Below are positions 50,947-59,719 of a stretch of DNA of 64,000 bases, piece after piece; the stretch's first letter is position 1; each line of letters starts with the position of its first letter. Made by a program: the position numbers and the translations under genes. The stretch comes from Candidatus Hydrogenedentota bacterium. GTDB lineage: Bacteria; Hydrogenedentota; Hydrogenedentia; Hydrogenedentales; SLHB01. Under the pieces are notes generated by a model. That model was given only the letters and a program-made list of their open reading frames with translations. It was not told the origin of the DNA and made no database searches. The stretch spans positions 32,001-96,000 of the forward strand of contig BTVY01000003.1 in the NCBI GenBank assembly GCA_045863335.1. The letters are read 5' to 3'.

Positions 50947-51084
50947 ATGTTTATCTGCCAACTCGTGCCGTTCTTGGATCGCCTGTTCGCCTTGCTTGGC
51001 CTGTACAATGTACCGGGACTGGAAGCCACATTGGTAGGTTTTCTCGAAGCGCTGTACGATTCTGCCGGCTGTAACGACGAATAG
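50947..51084 (+). CDS. 45-aa small hydrophobic protein with terminal cysteines
   Basis: RBS GAAAGGA before ATG; MFICQLVPFLDRLFALLGL..GCNDE. Confidence 0.6.
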   Translation: MFICQLVPFLDRLFALLGLYNVPGLEATLVGFLEALYDSAGCNDE

Positions 51085-51141
51085 GCAGTAACGCTTCCCG
51101 TCCCACCAGCAAATTGACCACTCCCGATGGGCGGACCCCCT

Positions 51142-51339
51142 TTATTCCGGGGGACTCATCGTGGGCGGCCCCGGCTGCCCAAGTTCATCGTGGAGCGAAC
51201 GAATCCTCTCCGCCTTTTCGGGGTCAATGCGTTTGACCTGATTGGATTGAGATTCTGCGGTGAATACATAGGCGTAGACGCCCGCGGCGATCAGCAGCAG
51301 GAGAAGGGCCAGGACGAGCAGCTTCTTCGCGCGCTTCAA
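51142..51339 (-). CDS. 65-aa membrane-anchored small protein downstream of the prepilin-like gene
   Basis: Basic N-terminus plus TM; 14 bp after the upstream stop. Confidence 0.65.
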   Translation of the reverse strand: MKRAKKLLVLALLLLLIAAGVYAYVFTAESQSNQVKRIDPEKAERIRSLHDELGQPGPPTMSPPE

Positions 51340-51353
51340 CTGCGGTACCCCGC

Positions 51354-52481
51354 CTACTCGAAACCGCTGTAGAACCAGAGGTTCACATCAAGCAGAGACG
51401 CGCCACGATAAAATCCACCCTGGGGCGATTCCGAAGGCACGGAAAAGATCGGGCAACGACCCGGGAACCGCAGGTACTCGACGTGCCCGTCCATGAACAG
51501 CACGTTGCCGCCGCCGGGAATGTGATTGAAGACGCTTAGAACCGCGTCGGGTTCGGCGGCGGTCCTTGAACTCCACGCGTCAAACATGACCGGTACAGTA
51601 CTTTGTGCGACGCTCGACTGAGCCGGATTGTTGATATCCGTGATGAAGAAACGTTCCACACCCTCTTTAAGGCGCGGATAACTTGTGGGGATATCGGACC
51701 AGTCGTCGTCGGCCAGCCACAGATCATAGCCGTACCACCCGGACACGATGGACTCGGGAAGATCGACCATGTTGGCCCCGTCGATGTGCGTTTCCGCACC
51801 GAAACCTTCGCAGCCGTAAGCGTCCAGCGTTCCCGGCGCGAAGGAAGCCGACGTCGTCTGGCCCACCTGAAAATCCCAGGCCAAATCCCAGGTGCCGTAT
51901 GAAATGCAGGTCTGCACGACATGTTGCTGGCTTGCGGTACGCAATGCGTACGCGAAATACGTATAGGAAACCGGCATGGATAGCTTGACGTGTAAGCAGG
52001 CCTTTCCGGCATCCGAGCCGTCCTGTAGCGCCCCCACCCGCGCGATCGCCGCTGCGAAGTCCAGATCGCCGATGATACCGCCACTGGGCCAGTTTCCCGG
52101 CAGTACCGCGCCGACCTTGCTGCGCGAATCCGAGGGACAAAGCGCGAGGCTTGGATCGGTCCAATAGTCCGGATACAGGAACTCGCTTGCCACGCCATGC
52201 ACAGGCCAGATGACACCGTCGCCGCGAACGGGATGTGTAATCGTTCCCGGAGGGAAGAGTTCCCCGGCCGATTCCGAGGCGTACATCTTATGGATGAGAC
52301 CCCACTGTTTCAGATTGCTCTGGCAGGAAGCGCGGCGGGCGGCCTCTCGTGCGCGAGCCAGCGCGGGCAACAGGATGGCGGCGAGAATCCCAATAATCGC
52401 GATCACGACCAACAGTTCAACGAGCGTAAAACCGGAATCTCCGCCCGCTCGAAGTCCTCTTCTCGCATGTGTGGCGTACAT
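51354..52481 (-). CDS. Prepilin-type DUF1559-like protein
   Basis: [43 protein letters not shown]; C-terminal [16 protein letters not shown]; RBS AGGAG. Confidence 0.92.
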   Translation of the reverse strand: MYATHARRGLRAGGDSGFTLVELLVVIAIIGILAAILLPALARAREAARRASCQSNLKQWGLIHKMYASESAGELFPPGTITHPVRGDGVIWPVHGVASEFLYPDYWTDPSLALCPSDSRSKVGAVLPGNWPSGGIIGDLDFAAAIARVGALQDGSDAGKACLHVKLSMPVSYTYFAYALRTASQQHVVQTCISYGTWDLAWDFQVGQTTSASFAPGTLDAYGCEGFGAETHIDGANMVDLPESIVSGWYGYDLWLADDDWSDIPTSYPRLKEGVERFFITDINNPAQSSVAQSTVPVMFDAWSSRTAAEPDAVLSVFNHIPGGGNVLFMDGHVEYLRFPGRCPIFSVPSESPQGGFYRGASLLDVNLWFYSGFE

Positions 52482-52572
52482 GACTCTCCTCTTCGTCCTG
52501 CATCGACCACAAGAAAACACGGTCGACACGCCACTACCTTCCTGTTTGGTTGGAGCTCGACGTCCGGGTTGG

Positions 52573-53634
52573 TTACAGGTGAGAACGGTTCGGAGCTCCG
52601 ACATTCAGGTCTCGCACCGAATTGCGTTCAATCAACCGATGTTCGACGACCTTTTCAATCGGCTGTTCTGAACGCCCTGCCTCGCCGTGAATGATTTGGA
52701 GCAACAATTCTGCCGACATACGTCCAATCTCGCGCGGGAACACGGAAAGCGTCGTCAATGGCGGACCCATGACTTCACCCATTTCGATCCCGTCAAATCC
52801 GACGATGCTGATATCGTCCGGAATCCGCAGCTCCAACTCATGAGCCGCGCGATAACAACCGATAGCCACCATGTCGTTGCAGCAGATCAGCGCAGTTGGA
52901 CGGTAAGATTCATTGGTGAGCACTCTCAGCGCTGCGTGGTATCCGTCAGCCGGTGTGTCGCCGCCCCGGACAATCATGTTGTCCTGGAACGGTATCTCGT
53001 GCTCCACCAGGCTTTCCATCATACCGATGGTCCGCTCCTTCGACGTCGCCGAGCGGACCGGACCCGTCAGGAACGCGATCTTGCGATGTCCTTTATCAAT
53101 AAGGTAGTTGGTGGCATCGCGATTCGCCTTTCGATTGTCAAACCGCACGGTGTGAGTGGGCAGGCCCGGCGCCTCCATGATGGTTACCAGAGGCCGGCGC
53201 ATCCGCTGGAGCCAGCGCAAATGGTCGTGGTACTGCTCCACTTCGCCAGCGGAAACAATATAACCCCGCAGGTCATACGTCTTCTGGGCGCCAAACGCTT
53301 CAATACCCTCTTCCGGCCGGTCCTCGGTCCCGTGGTAGAGCATTCGCTGGAACCCTTCCGCGCGCAATACGTTATGGATTCCGGACACCACCTCCGTGTA
53401 GAACGGATTGTTGATGCTGCCCACGACGACGCCAACCGTTTTGGACACTTCGCTCAGAAGCGACTTCTGGACGAGTCCGTTGGCATATCCGTGCTCGCGG
53501 ATTGCTTCCCAAACCCGCTCTCGCGTCCGGGGGCTTACGCCAGGTTTCCCCTTGACTACCGCGAATACGGTTGTGCGCGAGACCCCGCTCAGCTTCGCGA
53601 TATCTTCTGCTGTTAAGCCACGTCGACGACCCAT
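52573..53634 (-). CDS. LacI-family transcriptional regulator
   Basis: [16 protein letters not shown]; NPFY, GHRKIAF, ND..AIG and [11 protein letters not shown] motifs. Confidence 0.95.
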   Translation of the reverse strand: MGRRRGLTAEDIAKLSGVSRTTVFAVVKGKPGVSPRTRERVWEAIREHGYANGLVQKSLLSEVSKTVGVVVGSINNPFYTEVVSGIHNVLRAEGFQRMLYHGTEDRPEEGIEAFGAQKTYDLRGYIVSAGEVEQYHDHLRWLQRMRRPLVTIMEAPGLPTHTVRFDNRKANRDATNYLIDKGHRKIAFLTGPVRSATSKERTIGMMESLVEHEIPFQDNMIVRGGDTPADGYHAALRVLTNESYRPTALICCNDMVAIGCYRAAHELELRIPDDISIVGFDGIEMGEVMGPPLTTLSVFPREIGRMSAELLLQIIHGEAGRSEQPIEKVVEHRLIERNSVRDLNVGAPNRSHL

Positions 53635-53967
53635 AGTTGTGCGGAGTTCCTTTGGTTAAGTTCAATTCGTACTCAAGGTAAACTTGTTTTCCCCCTGTGT
53701 CAACAAAAGAATTCGATTCCCATTTTGCGTCAGCGCGTATCTTGAACCGCCGTAACGATTTGTCGCCTACGACCACAAGTGATTCGCTGCCGGGGGCGTT
53801 CAAAACGTTCAATTCCGGCGTTGCGCCGGCCGCGGTTCACCCACTCGGACCCCAGTGGGTTTGACCACAGGTCAGCCTTTGTTACTATGCGGCAACCGCA
53901 GATGAACCGGCCAATCAGGGCGTGGGTGCCTCCCAGCGCCGCACGCAATCGGCGAAGGAGCAGGTCC

Positions 53968-55317
53968 ATGGAAACAGGCATCAGTCGAAGGAGGTTTCTG
54001 GGTATCTCGGCATCGGCCCTTGGCGCGTCCATCGCGGCGGGTGCGCCCCAAGCCTCGGCGCAGGCGGGGAGGCGCCCGAACTTCATCGTTATCTTCACCG
54101 ACGACATGGGATACGGCGATCTCGGGTGTTACGGGCATCCCACGATCCGGACGCCCCATCTCGATCAGATGGCCCGCGATGGGTTGCGTATGACTTCGTT
54201 CTACGTGGCTGCTGCCGTTTGTTCGCCGTCGCGGGCGGCGTTACTCACCGGCCGCTATCCGGTTCGTTGCGGGATGCCCGGCAACACGGGCCCCGGAAGC
54301 GACAAGCACCTGCCTGAATCCGAGATCACCATCGCCCAGGCGCTGCGAGACGGGGGCTACCGGACCATGGCCATCGGGAAATGGCATCTCGGCCACCAGC
54401 GCCCGGAACTATTGCCCACGGGACGCGGTTTCGACCATTGGTTCGGTCTGCCGTACAGCAACGATATGCGACAGCCATGGGTCCAGACGGACGTACCGCT
54501 GCAGCTTTACCGCGATACGGAGCCGATCGAGAATCCCGTCGATCAGGACACATTGACCGAACGCTACACCGAAGAAGCGGTGCGCTTCATAGAAGTTGGG
54601 GGCGACGAACCGTTCTTCCTCTACCTCGCCCATAGCATGCCCCACTTGCCCGTGCGGACATCGGACCGATTCCGCGGCACTTCGGACGCGGGCCTCTATG
54701 GCGATGTGATCGAGACCATAGACTGGAGCGTCGGCCGCATTCGGGAGACCCTGCGCGTGAAAGGGATCGAAGACAACACGCTCATTCTCTTTACCAGCGA
54801 CAACGGCCCCTGGCTCAATCTTCCGGACCGCATGCTCCAGGATGGCAACGAGTGGTGGCACACAGGATCGCCGGGACCATTGCGCGGGGCCAAAGGCACT
54901 ACCTATGAGGGAGGCTTTCGCGTCCCCATGATTGCGTGCTGGCCCGGCGTGATTCCGGCCGGTTCCGAATCCCACGACGTGGCATCGACCATGGATTTCC
55001 TGCCCACGCTGCTCACGGCCGCCGGAGCGGACTTGCCCGTGGATCGTACACTTGACGGGGTCGATATCATGCCGCTCCTTAAAGGGGAAGCGGAAGTCCC
55101 GCACGAGTATTTCTACTACTTCCTCGGTTCCAACCTTCAAGGGGTCAGAAATGGGGACTGGAAATACCGCAAGGAGAACGAATCCGCAGAGGCCGAACTG
55201 TACCATCTGGGTCGCGACCCCGGCGAGCGGTACAACGTGGCCAGTCAGGAACCGGACGTTACACAGGCCCTCGCCGAACAGATGCGTGTCTTTGGTGAGG
55301 CAGTAACGCGACCTTGA
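53968..55317 (+). CDS. Tat-exported arylsulfatase
   Basis: SRRRFL signal; DDMGYGD, CSPSRAALLTGR, GKWHLG and SDNG motifs. Confidence 0.95.
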   Translation: METGISRRRFLGISASALGASIAAGAPQASAQAGRRPNFIVIFTDDMGYGDLGCYGHPTIRTPHLDQMARDGLRMTSFYVAAAVCSPSRAALLTGRYPVRCGMPGNTGPGSDKHLPESEITIAQALRDGGYRTMAIGKWHLGHQRPELLPTGRGFDHWFGLPYSNDMRQPWVQTDVPLQLYRDTEPIENPVDQDTLTERYTEEAVRFIEVGGDEPFFLYLAHSMPHLPVRTSDRFRGTSDAGLYGDVIETIDWSVGRIRETLRVKGIEDNTLILFTSDNGPWLNLPDRMLQDGNEWWHTGSPGPLRGAKGTTYEGGFRVPMIACWPGVIPAGSESHDVASTMDFLPTLLTAAGADLPVDRTLDGVDIMPLLKGEAEVPHEYFYYFLGSNLQGVRNGDWKYRKENESAEAELYHLGRDPGERYNVASQEPDVTQALAEQMRVFGEAVTRP

Positions 55318-55337
55318 TTCGCGACGTTGGAAATAAC

Positions 55338-55709
55338 TCAGCTCTCCGGGCTTTTCTCTCCGACCGGTTCCGTCGTGATGTGCCAACTGAACAGGCGATC
55401 ATCCAGGAAGTAGAGCATCAAAACGGCGCCATCTTCGAGGTCACAGCCATAGCGGGATATCTCGCCTTCGGAAGTCAATTCGCTATCGAGATGCTGCCAT
55501 TCCACCGGTACGCGCTGTCGCGCTTCGTCGATTGTCAGGCCCTTGCGAAGGTCATACGCTCCGGCCAACCTGCGCCGCGCCGCATACCATTGGGCGGTCT
55601 CCGCTACCGTCAGAATCGCGTACCGTAGAATAAACAGGCCGGCCAGAAACGCCGCCAGATAGATGATCCCTTTCAAAGGAGTCATCGCGGGGACCTGGCG
55701 CAGGCGCAT
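55338..55709 (-). CDS. Hypothetical membrane-anchored protein
   Basis: One TM followed by a small domain; start uncertain. Confidence 0.55.
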   Translation of the reverse strand: MRLRQVPAMTPLKGIIYLAAFLAGLFILRYAILTVAETAQWYAARRRLAGAYDLRKGLTIDEARQRVPVEWQHLDSELTSEGEISRYGCDLEDGAVLMLYFLDDRLFSWHITTEPVGEKSPES

Positions 55710-55805
55710 GGACGACGCGAATTGGTTGATTTGTAATAAAGTGCGGAATAGAGTTTATACTGGGATAGGGACACTGGGGGCGAAACCAACATTAGGAGAC
55801 TGGCC

Positions 55806-55922
55806 ATGGGTTTCATCATTCTGCTCCTCAACACGATTGGCGGCATCCTTGACTTCCTTTTCTACGGAGAAGATGCCATTCTGCCCGGACCCCGGCGCCG
55901 GGTACCAATGATCATCCTGTAG
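55806..55922 (+). CDS. 38-aa small protein MGFIILLLNTIGGILDFLFYGEDAILPGPRRRVPMIIL
   Basis: RBS AGGAG 7 nt before ATG; AT-rich upstream region; hairpin downstream. Confidence 0.5.
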   Translation: MGFIILLLNTIGGILDFLFYGEDAILPGPRRRVPMIIL

Positions 55923-55940
55923 CGCAATACCCGCACAAAG

Positions 55941-55982
55941 AAAAGGCCCGCCCGGCAGACCCCTGGCCTCCGGGCGGGCCTT
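55941..55982 (-). terminator. Intrinsic terminator after bfr (possibly bidirectional)
   Basis: AAGGCCCGCCCGG..CCGGGCGGGCCTT hairpin with an A-tract on the + strand. Confidence 0.7.
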
Positions 55983-55998
55983 CATCGTATCAATCCGG

Positions 55999-56496
55999 TT
56001 ACTCTGCACCGCCGCCGGTCAAACGCGCTTTACTGCTCTCCATGGACTGTAGGGCGAGGTACTTGTCCCCGTACTGCTCCAGCTTGTCGTGCTCGATATC
56101 AAACTGGTCGTAGTGACCTTCTTCTTCGGCAACGAGATCCTCGAACAGCTTCTTCGAAACCGAATCCGCGTTCTTGGCGCATTCGTTCGCCCACTCGTTG
56201 TACTCGCGGGCGCTTTCTTCCTCCATCTTGGCCGCGCGCTTGAGCATCTCGCCGACCGCTCGAATCTGCTGTACCGGCTCGGCCAATTCCATCTTCACGT
56301 CCCCCTTGAGAAACAGGATGCGCTCAGACAGGCGTTCCACGTGGATCATCTCCTGGATCGCGGTCTGCTTGAATAGCGCGGCCAGAATGTCCAGTCCCTG
56401 GTCGTCGCAGTGAAAATGAAAGTACATGTATTGGTGTACGGCGGACAGCTCGTCAGCCACCGCTTTGTTCAGCAGCTCAATACTCTTATCATGCAT
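55999..56496 (-). CDS. bfr: Bacterioferritin
   Basis: Ferroxidase ligands in ELSAVHQY, EMIH, EE..A..Y and EEEGH. Confidence 0.88.
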   Translation of the reverse strand: MHDKSIELLNKAVADELSAVHQYMYFHFHCDDQGLDILAALFKQTAIQEMIHVERLSERILFLKGDVKMELAEPVQQIRAVGEMLKRAAKMEEESAREYNEWANECAKNADSVSKKLFEDLVAEEEGHYDQFDIEHDKLEQYGDKYLALQSMESSKARLTGGGAE

Positions 56497-57016
56497 GATT
56501 CAAATCCCTCCACAGTCCTCGTTTCTATCGCTGAAGAGTCTCTTCGGCATGCGTGCCGATGGACCGCGGCCGAACTCATGGCGAACTGGAGATTTGGGGG
56601 ATAATCGCTTCCGCTCCCTCGGCCGCGAGAAGATCATAGCATGCGCCGTATTATGCGATCATCATGGGTGGATTTGAAATCCCGGGACGGTTCGTGTCTG
56701 ATGGTGGGCAAGGGTTGGGCCGGTATCGCTAGTGTAGAACGTCGGCGAATTGACGAGGAGGGATTCGTTGTGCGGCACATCGCCACATCGACGCGTGAAC
56801 GTCCATTTCCTGTCAAGGCGCAACTGGCGCCATTATATCCGCTCGGCATTTTCGTTGGCGTATGGTATAACACGATAGGCGTACTTATCGAACGGCTGAA
56901 ACAGGTGAGCCTCGAAAACGAGTAGCCGGACTAGCCCGGCTATGGAGTCGCGCAAGCGTTTCCCTGCGGCTCCAATCGCCGTGTATAGCCTCGGGAAAGT
57001 ATAAGAAGGTGGAACA

Positions 57017-57388
57017 ATGAAGGTCGACAGCCGGCGCGTTACACGATTAGCGACCGCATTCCCCGTGACGCTGACCGCAAGCGACGCGCGGACAATCCAT
57101 GGGACCGTCCGCGATGTGTCGATTCTAGGTATGTTTGTGCAATCCAAGGAGTCCTTCCCGCAAGGCACCACCTGCGAAGCCGAATTCGAGATCGAGCCCA
57201 TGAAGCGTGTCGGGGCACAATGTTCTGTCGTCCATCGGTACGGCGACGGAATCGGGCTGGAGTTCAACGGCATAGAAAACGCCTCCTTCGAGTATTTGCG
57301 GGTCCTTGTCGTCTCGCAGGCTGAAGATCCGCAAGCCTGCGAAGACGAGATCCTCGCCAACATGGGTAGTCTCCCCGCTTTGTACTAG
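57017..57388 (+). CDS. PilZ-domain protein
   Basis: RRVTR and DVSILG c-di-GMP motifs; GIGLEF. Confidence 0.88.
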   Translation: MKVDSRRVTRLATAFPVTLTASDARTIHGTVRDVSILGMFVQSKESFPQGTTCEAEFEIEPMKRVGAQCSVVHRYGDGIGLEFNGIENASFEYLRVLVVSQAEDPQACEDEILANMGSLPALY

Positions 57389-57542
57389 CTCTTCGTCTCG
57401 GACTGCCGGGCGCGCGAACGGCGCATTTCAAATGACTATTTTGTCATGCTTTCATGGGAAAGTATTGCGTCCAGGCCGGCCCCGTGCTAGAGTCATCGTC
57501 GGGCCACGGGGGCGGCTCGGCCTGGTAGTTAAAGGAGGAGCC

Positions 57543-57704
57543 ATGAAGCATTTCGCACCGATCACCACCAATCGCACACCCGCATCGGCAAACGATAGCC
57601 GGATTCCGGAATGTCTCGCGTATTTGCTGGATACCTGGGATTTCGAAGGGTTTATAGATTGCTGGCAGGAAAAGAAGGGCTGTAACTGCGGCGATCCGGA
57701 ATAA
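57543..57704 (+). CDS. 53-aa MKH-leader peptide 1
   Basis: RBS AAAGGAGGAG; paralog of 57801-57959. Confidence 0.75.
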   Translation: MKHFAPITTNRTPASANDSRIPECLAYLLDTWDFEGFIDCWQEKKGCNCGDPE

Positions 57705-57800
57705 CGAGGCAGGTCTCTCCGGACTTTAGTGTAAAATTCGCGAACATCTATGGTAGCATGGTGCCTGCTGTTTGGCTTAGGCAATGTGAAAGGAGGCACC

Positions 57801-57959
57801 ATGAAACACATCAAGGCGTTGACCCGAGACCGTATTCCAGCATTGGCGGGTGGACCTGAACCCCCGACGTTGCAGGAATGCTTGAGCTATCTCCTGCGCA
57901 CGGGAGATTTCAGCGGATTCAAAGAATGCTTTGGTGAGAAGAAGGGCGCGGCAGAATAG
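57801..57959 (+). CDS. 52-aa MKH-leader peptide 2
   Basis: RBS AAAGGAGG; paralog of 57543-57704. Confidence 0.75.
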   Translation: MKHIKALTRDRIPALAGGPEPPTLQECLSYLLRTGDFSGFKECFGEKKGAAE

Positions 57960-57977
57960 CCCGTCCCGTACAGTTGT

Positions 57978-58019
57978 GGGAGTCCCCGTGGCCGTAAAGC
58001 CATGGGGACTCTCATTTTT
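57978..58019 (+). terminator. Intrinsic terminator
   Basis: GAGTCCCCGTGGC-loop-GCCATGGGGACTC followed by TTTTT. Confidence 0.8.
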
Positions 58020-58033
58020 CTGGAGAGGTGAGG

Positions 58034-59719
58034 CTAGACCAGGGGGATCTCGCCGACGCCCGCGACGCCGTGGTTTCGTACGATGCTGGCAGTAGCAAGG
58101 CCGGAGCCAATCGGTTCTTCCAACTTGGCGATACGCTGATACCGTTCGGTTGCGAGCTGCGACGCGATCGCTTCGCAGATTCTCCCCGCATCTGGCGCCA
58201 AACTCAGCACGAGAACGGCCCCCGCGATTCCGCCACCCGTTAACGAGGCGCCCAGCGCCCCGGCATCCAAGGCTTGGTCCACAATGAAGTCCAACGCGGG
58301 ACTGCTCGCGCCGTACGCCCCTGGGCAGTACTCCACGGGCGTGGCCGCCTTTGCAAGCCGGTCGAGACTCGCGTCACCAACATCGGACGCAAAGCGTTTT
58401 CCGCAGCGGTCCAATACCCGGTCGCCGTCGTGTCCGACGGTCATCAAGCCGCCAGCCTCCTCGAACTCGCCTTCTGCAAGCAAGTCCGGGAACACGCGTG
58501 CCCGCTCCGATTCCGCGATACCAAACAGCAGCGGACCCCGGAGGTTGATGGTCTTGGGGCGGAGCTCCTCTTCTACCGTCCCGAAATAGCGCTCGTACTC
58601 GCCCGGAAGCTGGGGGAGATCGTACCGCGCTCCCAATGCTGCGATGTCGATGGACTCATCGATTCGCTTGAGGCACTCGTACAGAGAAGCCGGTCCGCCC
58701 CAATCAGCCAGACGCGCCGCATTCAGGTCCGACAGATAGCGGATACCGGCGATCGCTTCGGCATCCATTCCCATGGCCGCCAGTTCCTGACGGAGCACCT
58801 CCAAGGCCAGCGAATAGGCAAAACGGTTCCGCGTGTATTCGACCAACTGCGCACCGCTCAGGCTTCGCGTGGTATGTGAATCGACAACGAGCACGGCCAG
58901 GCCGTCCGGAAATGAACTATAGCGTGCTGCGTTCAGAGCCAGGTCGTCCGGATGGATCGCCACATTGACAAACGAGTCGCGCCCGCCCAACACCATGGCC
59001 GTCTGATCGCTCATGCCCGTCCGCGCGCCAGCGTACCACTCGGATTCCTGCCCCAGACGGATCAGAGTCTTCGGGTCCACCGCGATCTCGTTGAGTGCAC
59101 TCACTGTTTGAATGATGGCCAGGATAAGCGCCGTCGAAGAACTCAAGGCTGCGCCCCGGGGAAGATCGCTGCCCACGACCGCGCGGAATCCCGTCAACGG
59201 CTGGCCGTTCCTGTGGTGTTGAATCCGCGCGATGGCGCCTTCCACATAGTTGGCCCAGTGGCCACGGCGCGATAGCACGCGCGACTGAACGGAAGCATCT
59301 GTGATGAAACGATCCCACGCCGTGTTGAATGCCGGGTGCTGCGCCCAGACCGCGCTATCAAAATCCAGAGGGGCGAACTCCGGGTCCAGATTCCGCAGAC
59401 GAAAGGTCGCATCCTCAGTAGGGGATGCGACCACGATGACCTCCCGCTGGTGGGTCATCAGATTGAGGTAGCCGCCGTGCGTGTCGACGTGCATCCCGCG
59501 CAGGTTGATCCGGCCGGGGCAGCGAAACACCCGGACCGGGCCGTCTCCGAATTCGGAAAGGTACTTTGCAGTAACGTTGGCCAACAGAGCGACGCGTTCG
59601 CGGCAGATGTCGGACGAATCGCCGTAAATAGGTTCGACGGCATGGAGCAGTTGACGGTCCGGCGCTGCGCATAGCCGCTGTAAAGTGGATGCGTTCATGC
59701 GATCGGCTGGGTTACTCAC
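58034..59719 (-). CDS. Galactokinase-like GHMP kinase
   Basis: PGRINLRGMHVD, WANYVEG, PRGAALSSS, TGMSDQ and GASLTGGG motifs. Confidence 0.85.
   Translation of the reverse strand: MSNPADRMNASTLQRLCAAPDRQLLHAVEPIYGDSSDICRERVALLANVTAKYLSEFGDGPVRVFRCPGRINLRGMHVDTHGGYLNLMTHQREVIVVASPTEDATFRLRNLDPEFAPLDFDSAVWAQHPAFNTAWDRFITDASVQSRVLSRRGHWANYVEGAIARIQHHRNGQPLTGFRAVVGSDLPRGAALSSSTALILAIIQTVSALNEIAVDPKTLIRLGQESEWYAGARTGMSDQTAMVLGGRDSFVNVAIHPDDLALNAARYSSFPDGLAVLVVDSHTTRSLSGAQLVEYTRNRFAYSLALEVLRQELAAMGMDAEAIAGIRYLSDLNAARLADWGGPASLYECLKRIDESIDIAALGARYDLPQLPGEYERYFGTVEEELRPKTINLRGPLLFGIAESERARVFPDLLAEGEFEEAGGLMTVGHDGDRVLDRCGKRFASDVGDASLDRLAKAATPVEYCPGAYGASSPALDFIVDQALDAGALGASLTGGGIAGAVLVLSLAPDAGRICEAIASQLATERYQRIAKLEEPIGSGLATASIVRNHGVAGVGEIPLV

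Noticed and set aside
53640-53820. GTTCAA/TTGAAC hexamers as a LacI operator
   Set aside because: No convincing CG-centred palindrome
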